Virus record (IMG/VR): IMGVR_UViG_3300043436_000818
Span: 1-61,996 of that record
Strand: one strand, 5' to 3'
Source of the DNA: a virus
Taxonomy: Duplodnaviria > Caudoviricetes
Length of the DNA: 61,996 nt
Part shown: one piece after another, positions 17,616-27,277 of the stretch
Layout of the letters: each line of letters starts with the position of its first letter
Position numbering within the stretch: the first letter of the stretch is position 1
Position numbers and translations under genes: made by a program
Notes under the pieces: generated by a model
Seen by the model: the letters and a program-made list of their open reading frames with translations, nothing else
What the model was told of the DNA's origin: nothing
The model's database searches: none

Positions 17616-18545
17616 ATGGCATTTAACGTACAAGGATTAGTTAACTACACTAACGAGCAACAATCCGAACTTTTAGTAAAAGCATTATTCGGAAGCAAAA
17701 CCGCTTCTGTTATGCAATCTGCAGGTCAGGTTCAACCTGGAATCAAATCTGCTTCTAAATTAGCATTGGTAGGTTCTACCGTGTTTTTCCAAGCCGATGG
17801 TTGCGGTTACAACCCAAGTGGAACTACTACTTTAACTCAACGTGCTATCACAGTAGGTGCGGTTAAGGTTGAAGAAACTCTTTGCCCTAAGACTTTGGAA
17901 GCAAAATGGATGCAAACTCAAATCGCTCCAGGTTCTGCAACTGCACTTCCTTTTGAGGCTCAATTCGGTGCTGAAAAAGCAGCCGTTATCGCTGAGCAAA
18001 TCGAAATCGCAATGTGGCAAGGTGACACCGCAAGTGGTGACCCTAACATCAATCGTTTTGATGGATTTGTAAAAGTAATTAGCGGTTCTTCTCCAACTTT
18101 GGGTAACTCTGCTCCTACTACTTTCACTTCAATCACTAACGCTAACGTAGACGATATCTTAGACCAAATCTACGGAGTATTACCTGCCCGTGTTGCTTCT
18201 AAAACTGACTTAGTTTGCTTCGTAGGTGTTGACGTATTTAAGTTGATGTTGGTTAACTTGAAGAACGCTAACTTGTTCCACTACACTCCTGAGGCTGCCG
18301 TAAACTTAGAAATGGTTTATCCTGGTTCTAATATGAAAGTAATCGCAGTAGGTGGTTTGAACGGTACTAATAAAATCGTTGCAGGTTCTTTGAGCAACTT
18401 CTTCGTAGGTACTGACCTTGCAAACGAAGAAGAGCAATATAAGTTCTGGTACTCTGAGGACAACGACGAGGTAAGATTCCGTGCATCTTTCAAATATGGT
18501 GTACAGGTTGCTTACCCTGCTGAAATCGTTTATTTCACCCTTTAA
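17616..18545 (+). CDS. Major capsid protein
   Basis: 309 aa, IEIAMWQGD, strong codon bias, position. Confidence 0.85.
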   Translation: MAFNVQGLVNYTNEQQSELLVKALFGSKTASVMQSAGQVQPGIKSASKLALVGSTVFFQADGCGYNPSGTTTLTQRAITVGAVKVEETLCPKTLEAKWMQTQIAPGSATALPFEAQFGAEKAAVIAEQIEIAMWQGDTASGDPNINRFDGFVKVISGSSPTLGNSAPTTFTSITNANVDDILDQIYGVLPARVASKTDLVCFVGVDVFKLMLVNLKNANLFHYTPEAAVNLEMVYPGSNMKVIAVGGLNGTNKIVAGSLSNFFVGTDLANEEEQYKFWYSEDNDEVRFRASFKYGVQVAYPAEIVYFTL

Positions 18546-18556
18546 TCTTATAAATA

Positions 18557-19063
18557 ATGGCTTGTTTACTAACTCAAGGATTTACACTTGACTGCAAAGA
18601 TTCAGTCGGTGGTATCAAGAGCATCCATTTGATGAATTGGACTGCTTCTAAATTTACTGTTGCCAGTGGGGAAGTAACTGCCACCACTTTGACTTCGGGC
18701 GATGTTTTCGATTACGAACTTCCAAAGGGTACAGGTTCAATGACTACAACTACTAACGTAAGCGTAGAAAATGGGACAGTATTCAACCAAGCGGACGTTG
18801 CGTTCAAATTGCGTAGATTGTCAACTGCTAAAAGAAACGAGATGAAATTATTGGCTCAAGGTCGCTGCTATGCGATTGTTAAAACTAATAACGATGACGC
18901 TTTCTTAGTTGGCTATGAGTACGGATGTGACGTTACTTCAATGGTTGCTAATACAGGTACTGCAATGGGAGATTCTACTGGTTATGAGGTAACTCTTTCC
19001 GCAATCGAATCTGAAGCCCCTTACAAAGTACAGAGCGGTGTATTGACCACATTAGGCATCTGA
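18557..19063 (+). CDS. Major tail (tube) protein, putative
   Basis: CKDSVGGI; homolog of 48760; followed by a terminator. Confidence 0.7.
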   Translation: MACLLTQGFTLDCKDSVGGIKSIHLMNWTASKFTVASGEVTATTLTSGDVFDYELPKGTGSMTTTTNVSVENGTVFNQADVAFKLRRLSTAKRNEMKLLAQGRCYAIVKTNNDDAFLVGYEYGCDVTSMVANTGTAMGDSTGYEVTLSAIESEAPYKVQSGVLTTLGI

Positions 19064-19087
19064 TTATAGGTTTTCATAGTTGTAAAG

Positions 19088-19114
19088 GGGAGGACTTCGG
19101 TTCTCCCTTTTTTT
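19088..19114 (+). terminator. Intrinsic terminator
   Basis: GGGAGGAC-TTCG-GTTCTCCC-T7. Confidence 0.9.
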
Positions 19115-19143
19115 ATTACATTTTTTTTGTTTACTATTTATAA

Positions 19144-19497
19144 ATGATGTTGACTATTACTAAGCAAGATTCAACCTATTGGTATGTGACCGCTACAGAA
19201 AAGGTTACGATATCAAACCCATACTTTTTGTTTAGTATAAAATCGCGTTTAACCGACACTACAAAGAACTTTCTATTAACCGATGTATCAACCCATATAG
19301 AGCGTTATAATAAGTTCTTATTCGATGAGGGAATTACAGACGCTAAAACATTGGAAATCGGTGAACACGAGTATAAGATTTACGCTCAAGTTTCATCAAC
19401 AAACCTAAACCCAAACAACGCTGATGAGTTGGTAGAAACTGGCATTTTGAAAGTTATACCATTAGTTAACGATGAACTATTTTATGAAGTATCGTGA
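19144..19497 (+). CDS. Virion structural protein (putative)
   Basis: Position in late region. Confidence 0.6.
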   Translation: MMLTITKQDSTYWYVTATEKVTISNPYFLFSIKSRLTDTTKNFLLTDVSTHIERYNKFLFDEGITDAKTLEIGEHEYKIYAQVSSTNLNPNNADELVETGILKVIPLVNDELFYEVS

Positions 19498-19715
19498 AGA
19501 AAATCTACACACATACAAGGTACAATAAAACTCACGATGTTACGGAGGAGGAGAAAATCTTCACAACAAATCGTGATATGGGGGTTGTCCACATTGTTGA
19601 TTTGGAAAAGAGAACATTTGAGGTTGACGCTTTAACTGCATTTTTTTTGATGCAAGAGGATAATAGTTTTTTGTTGTTAGAAGATGGTAGTAGAATTATT
19701 GATTATTACGGATAA
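19494..19715 (+). CDS. Small structural protein
   Basis: LMQEDNSFLLLEDGSRII motif. Confidence 0.6.
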   Translation: MKKIYTHTRYNKTHDVTEEEKIFTTNRDMGVVHIVDLEKRTFEVDALTAFFLMQEDNSFLLLEDGSRIIDYYG

Positions 19716-20521
19716 TGCCAAACAGGAAGATTTCACAACTTGACCCCATTGGAACTATTGACGCAAATCTCGATAGTATTCCTATTGTTGATTATTCGGA
19801 AGGCGTTACCAAGAGAACAAATCTTGCAAACATCGGACAACGTGTTTTAGAGGCTAATAACACCGATTCTTTAGACGAGGGTACTTCCAATCTATATTTC
19901 ACCAATACACGAGTTTATACCAAAGTTAAAGCTGCATTAGTTGCAGGTTCTAATGTGTCATTTACTTACAATGATGCACTACAAACCATAACTATCGCAG
20001 CAAGTGGAAACGTCCTAAGCGTTAACGGACAAACCGGAGCAGTTGTTTTAGATACGGATGACATAAACGAGGGTACAACCAACCAATATTTCACGGCTAC
20101 AAGGGTTAGAGATTTATTGCTAACGGGTTTATCTACCGCAACAAATGCAATAATTTCTGCAACTGATAGCGTATTGGTGGCGTTCGGTAAATTACAAGCA
20201 CAGATAACCGCTAATTTATCGACATTATCTGGGCATATAAGCAATACCTCAAATCCTCATAGCGTTACAAAATCGCAAGTTGGGTTGGGTGATGTTGCAA
20301 ACGTAGACACAACCAATGCAAGTAATATTTCAAGCGGTACTTTAAACGATTCTCGATTGTCTGCAAATGTAACCTTACAAGGCAATACATTTAACGCTGC
20401 TAACAAGTTGGTGCAGTTGGATGCATCTGCTAAACTTCCTGCGGTGGATGGTTCACAATTAACGAACTTAAACATTCCTCCATCAACGGGTGGGGATTTA
20501 TATTTATTCTATAACTACTAA
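19715..20521 (+). CDS. Tail fibre-like protein
   Basis: KISQL start, EGT.N.YFT repeats, SVNGQTGAV, NPHSVTKSQVGL. Confidence 0.75.
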   Translation: MPNRKISQLDPIGTIDANLDSIPIVDYSEGVTKRTNLANIGQRVLEANNTDSLDEGTSNLYFTNTRVYTKVKAALVAGSNVSFTYNDALQTITIAASGNVLSVNGQTGAVVLDTDDINEGTTNQYFTATRVRDLLLTGLSTATNAIISATDSVLVAFGKLQAQITANLSTLSGHISNTSNPHSVTKSQVGLGDVANVDTTNASNISSGTLNDSRLSANVTLQGNTFNAANKLVQLDASAKLPAVDGSQLTNLNIPPSTGGDLYLFYNY

Positions 20522-20523
20522 TA

Positions 20524-20928
20524 ATGGCTGCAAATACATCACCAATTTTCGCACTCGTTCCCGAAACTAAAATAGTAACGGTAACGGCTGCAACAACAGA
20601 TAGAACAGGGGCGACTACTACTAACTTGGTAGAGTTATTAACCGCTGCAACAGACGGGACTAAAATCACACAGATAGGGGCTAAGGTTGCAGGGAGTAAT
20701 TCTGCTACGAGTGTGTTGATTTTTATTACAAACACAAGCGGAACAAGCCCGAAGTTGTACGATGAAATTGCACTACCTGCTATTACTGCGAGTACAACAA
20801 CAACTTCGCAGCGACAAGTAACGGCTTATAGTGACTTGCAATTAAAATCAGGGCAAAAAGTTTTAGTTGGTATTACCGTTGCGGTTACAGACGGGGTAAA
20901 TATTTTCGCAATTAAAGGGGATTATTAA
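20524..20928 (+). CDS. Fibre-associated structural protein
   Basis: Thr/Ala-rich, coupled ORF. Confidence 0.6.
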   Translation: MAANTSPIFALVPETKIVTVTAATTDRTGATTTNLVELLTAATDGTKITQIGAKVAGSNSATSVLIFITNTSGTSPKLYDEIALPAITASTTTTSQRQVTAYSDLQLKSGQKVLVGITVAVTDGVNIFAIKGDY

Positions 20929-21767
20929 TGGCAGATTTTGGACAATTTCGCGGATTTGGAGATAAACTTTTTCAGGGGCAATTGCCTACGCAATTGGGAA
21001 CAATTGGAAGTGTTTCTGTTTTTAATCCAGATTCTATTTCATTTTTTGACAGAGTAACTACAGCTGGAGGTACATTGTCAACATTAGAAAAATCTGCAGT
21101 AGATACTTTAGTTAATGATTTACAATCTTATGGATTATGGTCAAAAATGAAAGCCATATATCCGATGGTTGGTGCAAGTGCAGCAGCATGTGCGCAGAAT
21201 TTAAAGAGTTCAAGTTTTACAGGTACTTTTAATGGAGGTATAACTTATGCAAGTACTGGAATTACAAGTAACGGTTCTAACGGATATATGAATACTAATT
21301 TAAACCCAAATACATCATTATCACTTAATAGTACTCATATTTCATTTTATTCAAGAACTAATAATTTAGATGATACTGATTTAGGTGCTTATAGTAGTGC
21401 CAATGTTGGATTACAATTATTAATACGTTCTAGTGCATTTAATGCTTTTGCTGCAAGGGTTAATAGTGGTTCAGCAATAACTCAATCTTTATCGGATGGT
21501 AGAGTATTTGCAATTGCTAATAGAAAATCAAGTACTCAAGTTGGAATTGTAATAAATGGAACAAATACAAATTATACTAATAATTCAGGCAGTTTGCCTA
21601 ACTTAAATGTATTTTTATTAGCCTTAAATTATCTTGGAAATCCTACAGATTATTCAATAAAAGAATGTGCATTTGCCTCAATTGGTGACGGATTAACCGA
21701 CACCGAAGCAAGTAATTTTTATACCGCAGTTCAAGCATTTCAAACAACACTTTCAAGAAACGTATGA
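20928..21767 (+). CDS. Putative receptor-binding or lectin-fold protein
   Basis: Asn/Ser-rich, very AT-rich central segment. Confidence 0.55.
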   Translation: MADFGQFRGFGDKLFQGQLPTQLGTIGSVSVFNPDSISFFDRVTTAGGTLSTLEKSAVDTLVNDLQSYGLWSKMKAIYPMVGASAAACAQNLKSSSFTGTFNGGITYASTGITSNGSNGYMNTNLNPNTSLSLNSTHISFYSRTNNLDDTDLGAYSSANVGLQLLIRSSAFNAFAARVNSGSAITQSLSDGRVFAIANRKSSTQVGIVINGTNTNYTNNSGSLPNLNVFLLALNYLGNPTDYSIKECAFASIGDGLTDTEASNFYTAVQAFQTTLSRNV

Positions 21768-21985
21768 TAGGATACATTTTAACAACCGAACAATATGAAG
21801 AAATTCAAGGCAAAGAATTTGCCCCATACGAGTATTTTAATTGTGTTCAAGATATCAATGACGTTTGGTTCAATTTTGTAACAGACCAACAATATCCTGA
21901 AATTGAAGCCTCCGAGTACGCTTGGTTATTAGATTTACCACAAGGCGAATATGTACCACCACCATCACCACCATTTCCATACTAA
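21764..21985 (+). CDS. Small acidic fibre-associated protein
   Basis: Same position as 55443; PPFPY end shared. Confidence 0.6.
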   Translation: MIGYILTTEQYEEIQGKEFAPYEYFNCVQDINDVWFNFVTDQQYPEIEASEYAWLLDLPQGEYVPPPSPPFPY

Positions 21986-22176
21986 TGAAAAACATTGATA
22001 ACGACACCACGGCAACGATAGCAACCGCAGTTAGTGGGAGTGCTACAATTATACATTTCTCGCAACAATGGCAACCCGTAGCCGCATTCGTGTTGGCTAT
22101 TGTAGGCATAGTTTCGGGATTGTTTGCGATAATATATTGGCACAAAAAAATCAAGTCATTAGATGGCAAAGGTTAA
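21985..22176 (+). CDS. Holin-like membrane protein
   Basis: Hydrophobic helices and basic tail; near-identical to 55681. Confidence 0.6.
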   Translation: MKNIDNDTTATIATAVSGSATIIHFSQQWQPVAAFVLAIVGIVSGLFAIIYWHKKIKSLDGKG

Positions 22177-22282
22177 AGCATCAATCGTATTATTTCGCAA
22201 AAAGCCAAAGAGGAAATTAGGCAGACATACCAAACATCAAAACAAACACAAATCATGCAAACCAAATCGCGGACAAGGGTGA
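22163..22282 (+). CDS. 39-aa basic peptide (not in ORF track)
   Basis: MAKVKASIVLFRKKPKRKLGRHTK...RGQG; synonymous changes versus 55859-55978. Confidence 0.7.
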   Translation: MAKVKASIVLFRKKPKRKLGRHTKHQNKHKSCKPNRGQG

Positions 22283-22458
22283 AGTTTAAACCCTATTTTT
22301 CGCCAACACCTAAAAGAATACGCATATTTGGCGATTCATTAGCCGCTGCATCTATAATGGTTGCAGGGTTTAATATGTCCGAACCTTCCGTAATGATAGG
22401 TTGTGCAGTCGTTGGTGGATTAGGTAAATTCCTATCAAACTTTTTCACAATCGAATAA
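22279..22458 (+). CDS. Holin-like membrane protein
   Basis: FSPTPKRIRIFGD plus two TM segments; GTGA-coupled start. Confidence 0.65.
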   Translation: MKFKPYFSPTPKRIRIFGDSLAAASIMVAGFNMSEPSVMIGCAVVGGLGKFLSNFFTIE

Positions 22459-22471
22459 ACCCTATTTATAA

Positions 22472-24352
22472 GTGATGTTTCATCGGATTAATTTTCACGA
22501 CAACAAACTACCTGCTTTCAAAGAGAACAAGGCAAAGGGTATCTATACATTCGGAGACGATAACTTATACCCTGAGTTCTTAATCGAAATGTACAATAAA
22601 TCCCCTAAGCATAATGCTATTGTTTCGGCAAAAGCATCGTATGTTGCAGGGGTTGGTACTTCCATAAAAGGACAAGACACCGCAGTAATCGCAAAGGCAC
22701 AACAAAAAGTTGATGCAATTAACGCTTACGAGAGTTTAGACGAGTTAAAAGTCAAGATTGCTGACGATTTAGAGTTATTCAATGGGTTTGCATTGGAGGT
22801 TATATGGTCACGCGACAAACAAAAGATTTCCGAGATTTATCATTTACCATTTCAAAAAATCCGTAAAACATTAGACGAGAAATTCGCATTTTGTGAGGAT
22901 TGGTCAGATAGGAAAGCCGAGATAATCCAATACAACCCATTTAATCCAATCACTCGTGAATCTAAGCAATTGTATTATTGCCAACTTTACAGAGCAGGTC
23001 AAGGAATCTACCCACTTCCCGACTATGTAGGTGGATTGAAGTACATTGAGATTGACACGGAGGTATCTAATTGGCATTTAAATAGCATTAAAAACGGATT
23101 TTCTGCTCAGACCCTAATCCAAATGTTCAAGGGTTATCCAACACCTGAAGAAGCGAGGAAGACTGAAAGAGCATTAAAGAAAAACTACACGGGTACGGAC
23201 AACGCAGGTGGATTGATTATTCAGTATAACGACCCGAACGAAAAAGAGAGCATAATCAACAACCTACAACCGAGCGATTTCGACAAGCAATTTGACATCT
23301 TAAACAAGACCGTACAACAAGAGATTTTCGTATCGCACAAGGTAAACTCACCAATGTTGTTTGGAGTGCGTGTAGAGGGTCAATTAGGCGGTAGAAGCGA
23401 ACTAATCGAAGCATACGAGATGTTTCAATCCGCTTACGTTGAACCAAGACAAAAAAAGTTAGACGATGCGTTGACTTACTTATTTGAATACATCGCACCT
23501 GTACAGATTAGAACAGAGAATAAACCACCATTAGGATTAGATTATAGCGAATTGTTTACTAAGGGTATTATAACCAACGAGGAAGCACGTCAAGAAATGG
23601 GATTACCTCAATTGTCAACCGTGAAAGTTCAATCATCTCTAAACGATGCTATCAATTCATTAAGTCCTTTGGTTGCTAACAACGTATTGTCAAATATGAC
23701 AATCAACGAAAAGCGTCAATTGGCAGGTTTACCACCTATCCCAAATGGTGACGCAATCGAATCCGCTGCTCCTGCGGCTTTCAGTAAGCAAAACCCATTT
23801 GGATGGGATGATGAGCGAGATTTACAAGTATTCGCTAAATACGGAGAATCTGCGGATTTATACGAGGAGGTAAAGTTTGAGTTTGGCGATGCGTTAAACA
23901 AAGCATTGTTAAATATATTAGCAGAAAATCCAGGTTTGCAGACAGGAGATTTGGTTAATTTGACGAAACAACCTGCACAGAACGTAATGGATGCACTAAC
24001 CGAGTTGATTAAATCCGATAGGTTAGCACCCGAAATGAATGGTTACAAAGTTACTGCCAAAGGTAGAGATTTGATAAAAGGATTACAGACAGAATTGGTT
24101 GTTAGATATCAGTACGAAAAAGCACCAGGCATTGAGGGTAATATATTATTGGAAACATCTCGTGATTTTTGCCGTAAAATAGTAGAATCAAAAAAGGTAT
24201 TTAGCCGCGAGGATATCAATCAGATGAGTTCAGAGTTGGGATATGACGTTTGGAAACGTCGTGGTGGATGGTATCACAATCCAAATACAGACACAACAAC
24301 TCCACAATGCAGACATTTGTGGGCGCAAAAGGTAATGATTAGAAAAAAATGA
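22472..24352 (+). CDS. Portal protein with C-terminal Cys/His extension
   Basis: FGDDNLYP..L..MYNKSPKHNA, YPLPDY, IFVSHKV.SPMLFG; SRDFCR...CRHLW. Confidence 0.88.
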   Translation: MMFHRINFHDNKLPAFKENKAKGIYTFGDDNLYPEFLIEMYNKSPKHNAIVSAKASYVAGVGTSIKGQDTAVIAKAQQKVDAINAYESLDELKVKIADDLELFNGFALEVIWSRDKQKISEIYHLPFQKIRKTLDEKFAFCEDWSDRKAEIIQYNPFNPITRESKQLYYCQLYRAGQGIYPLPDYVGGLKYIEIDTEVSNWHLNSIKNGFSAQTLIQMFKGYPTPEEARKTERALKKNYTGTDNAGGLIIQYNDPNEKESIINNLQPSDFDKQFDILNKTVQQEIFVSHKVNSPMLFGVRVEGQLGGRSELIEAYEMFQSAYVEPRQKKLDDALTYLFEYIAPVQIRTENKPPLGLDYSELFTKGIITNEEARQEMGLPQLSTVKVQSSLNDAINSLSPLVANNVLSNMTINEKRQLAGLPPIPNGDAIESAAPAAFSKQNPFGWDDERDLQVFAKYGESADLYEEVKFEFGDALNKALLNILAENPGLQTGDLVNLTKQPAQNVMDALTELIKSDRLAPEMNGYKVTAKGRDLIKGLQTELVVRYQYEKAPGIEGNILLETSRDFCRKIVESKKVFSREDINQMSSELGYDVWKRRGGWYHNPNTDTTTPQCRHLWAQKVMIRKK

Positions 24353-24906
24353 GCAACTTCGTATATTTTATAAGCACATCCTACCTCAAGGACAATTCCG
24401 CAATCAACGAGAATGTTGACGATAAACTATTAAAATCTGCGATTAAAGAGGCTCAAGAGATTTATATTCGTGACATCATTGGTTCGGGTTTGTACGATGA
24501 ATTGCAAACACAAGCCTTTGCAGGTACACTTACAAACGTAAATACAACGCTTTTAGATTCGTATATTGCACCTTGTTTGAAATACTACACAATAACTGAA
24601 TCGATGCTCCCTATGACCTTTAAAATGATGAATAAGAGCGTAGCAGCGAGAGAGGCAGAGAACGCAAGAGCGGTGAGTATAGATGAGTTGACAATGATTG
24701 AGAAGCGATTCCGTGATAAGGCTGAATATTACGCTAATAGATTAAGAGATTATCTCCGTGAAAACACAAATACATATCCTTTGTTCCTCAATCCTGGTAG
24801 CGGATTTGATACAATTCGACCTAAAAACACATCTTTTTATGGTGGGTTCTATCTTGGTGACGATATGGATAATTGCTATTGGAACTATGACTATCCGCAC
24901 GAATAA
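24349..24906 (+). CDS. Head-tail adaptor (putative)
   Basis: Follows portal; homolog of 52121. Confidence 0.65.
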   Translation: MSNFVYFISTSYLKDNSAINENVDDKLLKSAIKEAQEIYIRDIIGSGLYDELQTQAFAGTLTNVNTTLLDSYIAPCLKYYTITESMLPMTFKMMNKSVAAREAENARAVSIDELTMIEKRFRDKAEYYANRLRDYLRENTNTYPLFLNPGSGFDTIRPKNTSFYGGFYLGDDMDNCYWNYDYPHE

Positions 24907-24947
24907 ATGGCAGAAAAATAACGAAGCCAAACTAATTAAATTTCTCA

Positions 24948-25385
24948 ATGACGCTAAACCAAATAATCGCAAAGATTCAAACTCAAGCCGAAAGCCACAA
25001 GATGGTGGGAAAATTCGGAGTGGGTCAACAAAGTAATCTAACCGTTGAAAACATAGAATACTATCCGTTGGTGTGGTTGTACCCCGATGGATTCACTTTG
25101 GATTTAGCCAACAAACTACAAACCTACAACTTCGCTTTATTGGTGATGGATAGGGTATTTGAATCTGAATCTAACGTAATAGAGGTACTATCCGACACGG
25201 CTCAAATTATGGGTGATATATTTGCATTGTTGGATTCTGAATACCAAAACGAAGTTTGGCAATTAGTAGTCAATCAAAACGCCTCACCATTATACGATTC
25301 ACGCACAGATATATTAGCAGGATATGCAATTAACTTCAGTATACAAGTACCTTATTTGGCTGATACTTGCGTTGTGCCTGTATAA
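24948..25385 (+). CDS. Tail terminator-like protein
   Basis: YPLVW motif; similar to 39252. Confidence 0.55.
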   Translation: MTLNQIIAKIQTQAESHKMVGKFGVGQQSNLTVENIEYYPLVWLYPDGFTLDLANKLQTYNFALLVMDRVFESESNVIEVLSDTAQIMGDIFALLDSEYQNEVWQLVVNQNASPLYDSRTDILAGYAINFSIQVPYLADTCVVPV

Positions 25386-25596
25386 TTGTTTCATAAAGCG
25401 TGAAATAACGCATTATAAGCACACTACAGACACTCAAATAGTAAAGTGGACTGATAGTATAACCAAGTGGAAGAAAGTCCGTCAAACGCTTTTAAAATAT
25501 GACACGTTATATATTGATACTTTTACTCGTGATTCCATCGGTCTTAAAGGGGCAATTAGTTTGCATCGACACCTCGATAGTATCGAACGCCAATAA
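25324..25596 (+). CDS. Membrane-anchored protein (spanin-like candidate)
   Basis: N-terminal TM; overlaps next ORF. Confidence 0.45.
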   Translation: MQLTSVYKYLIWLILALCLYNCFIKREITHYKHTTDTQIVKWTDSITKWKKVRQTLLKYDTLYIDTFTRDSIGLKGAISLHRHLDSIERQ

Positions 25597-25834
25597 GTAC
25601 TTGGTAAAGGGTGCTAATGCTCGTAGAGATGTAATCCGATTAAACAAATTGGTTAAGGCTGATTCTATTATTATTAACTACCAAGATTCTGTAATTGAGC
25701 GTCTTGAAATTAAGACGGATTCATTAGGTGTTGAAATTCAAAATCGTAATAACACTATTTCATTACAGAAAGATGTCATAAAAGGAGTAGGAATGTGGGC
25801 GATATTGGTAACAATTATGGCAATATTCCTATGA
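25499..25834 (+). CDS. Signal-peptide coiled-coil protein with C-terminal TM (spanin-like candidate)
   Basis: Hydrophobic ends and coiled coil. Confidence 0.45.
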   Translation: MTRYILILLLVIPSVLKGQLVCIDTSIVSNANKYLVKGANARRDVIRLNKLVKADSIIINYQDSVIERLEIKTDSLGVEIQNRNNTISLQKDVIKGVGMWAILVTIMAIFL

Positions 25835-26817
25835 AAGACATAATCAAATCGTACTTAGAGAAGTACCCCGATGCACCAAATCGCACACTTGCAAAATTAA
25901 TCTTAGAAGAAAATCCACAACTTACATCTATTGAGAGACTAAGAGATAAGATTAGATATTTTAGGGGCGTAAAAGGAGACTATCTTTTTAAGGCTTTAAA
26001 AGATAAATCATTCGTGACTAATAAATCAACAATTCAAGAGGGGTTAGAAAAACTAAAGGTATTTTCGCACAACAAAGAGATGATTAACGTTCACTTAAAC
26101 GAGGGACGTTATCTAATCCTATCCGACATACACATCCCATACCACGATATGGACGCTTTGTCCACTGCCTTAGAATGGGGATTAAACAACGATGTAGATT
26201 GTATTGTTTTAAATGGCGATATTATGGATTGTTACCCAGTATCTTCATTTATTAAAGAGGTTGGGATGCCGTCACTACGAGAGGAAATAGAGATGACTAA
26301 AACCTTTTTTGCGTACTTGCGTGAACTATTCCCAATAATACCGATTTACTACAAGTTAGGAAACCACGAGGAGCGTGTTCGTAACTACTTATTACGCAAT
26401 GCCAAAGAGTTTTCCGATGTAGATAATTTAAAGTTTGAAAACCTATTAGGATTGAGTGAATTTAAAATCAACTTGGTTAATCGTGAGATAATTAAATTAG
26501 GTAAATTGAACGTATTGCACGGACACGAGATGGGAGAGAGTGTATTCTCACCTGTTAACCCTGCACGAGGTATGTTCCTAAAGGCTAAATCTTCTACTAT
26601 CTTCGGACACAACCACCAAGTATCCCACCACTCAGAAAACAATATCAACGGAGAATCTACTGGTGTTTGGTCAATGGGTTGTCTTTGCACTCTTTCACCC
26701 GATTACAGACCTTATGCTTATACCAAATGGAGTCACGGATTCGCTTGTGTAGATGTTAACCAAGATTTGACATTCCACGTTAACAATATGAAGATTATTA
26801 ACGGCAAAATAATATGA
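25831..26817 (+). CDS. Calcineurin-like metallophosphoesterase
   Basis: SDIH, GDIMD, GNHE, HGH, GHNH. Confidence 0.92.
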   Translation: MKDIIKSYLEKYPDAPNRTLAKLILEENPQLTSIERLRDKIRYFRGVKGDYLFKALKDKSFVTNKSTIQEGLEKLKVFSHNKEMINVHLNEGRYLILSDIHIPYHDMDALSTALEWGLNNDVDCIVLNGDIMDCYPVSSFIKEVGMPSLREEIEMTKTFFAYLRELFPIIPIYYKLGNHEERVRNYLLRNAKEFSDVDNLKFENLLGLSEFKINLVNREIIKLGKLNVLHGHEMGESVFSPVNPARGMFLKAKSSTIFGHNHQVSHHSENNINGESTGVWSMGCLCTLSPDYRPYAYTKWSHGFACVDVNQDLTFHVNNMKIINGKII

Positions 26818-27044
26818 GAATCTTAAAGGTAGAAATCGTACACCAAGAAAAACAAGACGACATTTACAAAGAGGTTGGATTAGGTGCGGATATTGTCGAA
26901 GTATTAGAGGACGGATACATCAATTTAGACGATGTTTCGGGAGCAATTGCCAACTACGATTATACTAATGTGCTTTTTAAAGGCGGTCAAATGTTACTAA
27001 TTACGATGGATATTAATACTTTTGTGGAGCAATGGATATCGTAA
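26814..27044 (+). CDS. Hypothetical protein
   Basis: Coupled ORF. Confidence 0.6.
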   Translation: MRILKVEIVHQEKQDDIYKEVGLGADIVEVLEDGYINLDDVSGAIANYDYTNVLFKGGQMLLITMDINTFVEQWIS

Positions 27045-27277
27045 ATAAACCAAGCCACTACAACAAAGGCGAAATCGAGGCAATGGATGCCATATTAACC
27101 GCTATTAAAGGACTACCACCTGATGAAGCGTACACAATTGGCAATGTAATTAAATATGTGTGGCGGTATGATATGAAAGGCGGTAAAACGGATTTACTTA
27201 AAGCCTCTTACTATTTAAATAAAACAATGGAGTTGTATGAAAAGCGTTCAAACATTTCTAAACCAACGGGGATATAA
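27032..27277 (+). CDS. DUF3310 (T7 gp1.7/SaV-like) protein
   Basis: VNKPSHY...GNVIKYVWR...DLLKASYYL. Confidence 0.88.
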   Translation: MDIVNKPSHYNKGEIEAMDAILTAIKGLPPDEAYTIGNVIKYVWRYDMKGGKTDLLKASYYLNKTMELYEKRSNISKPTGI

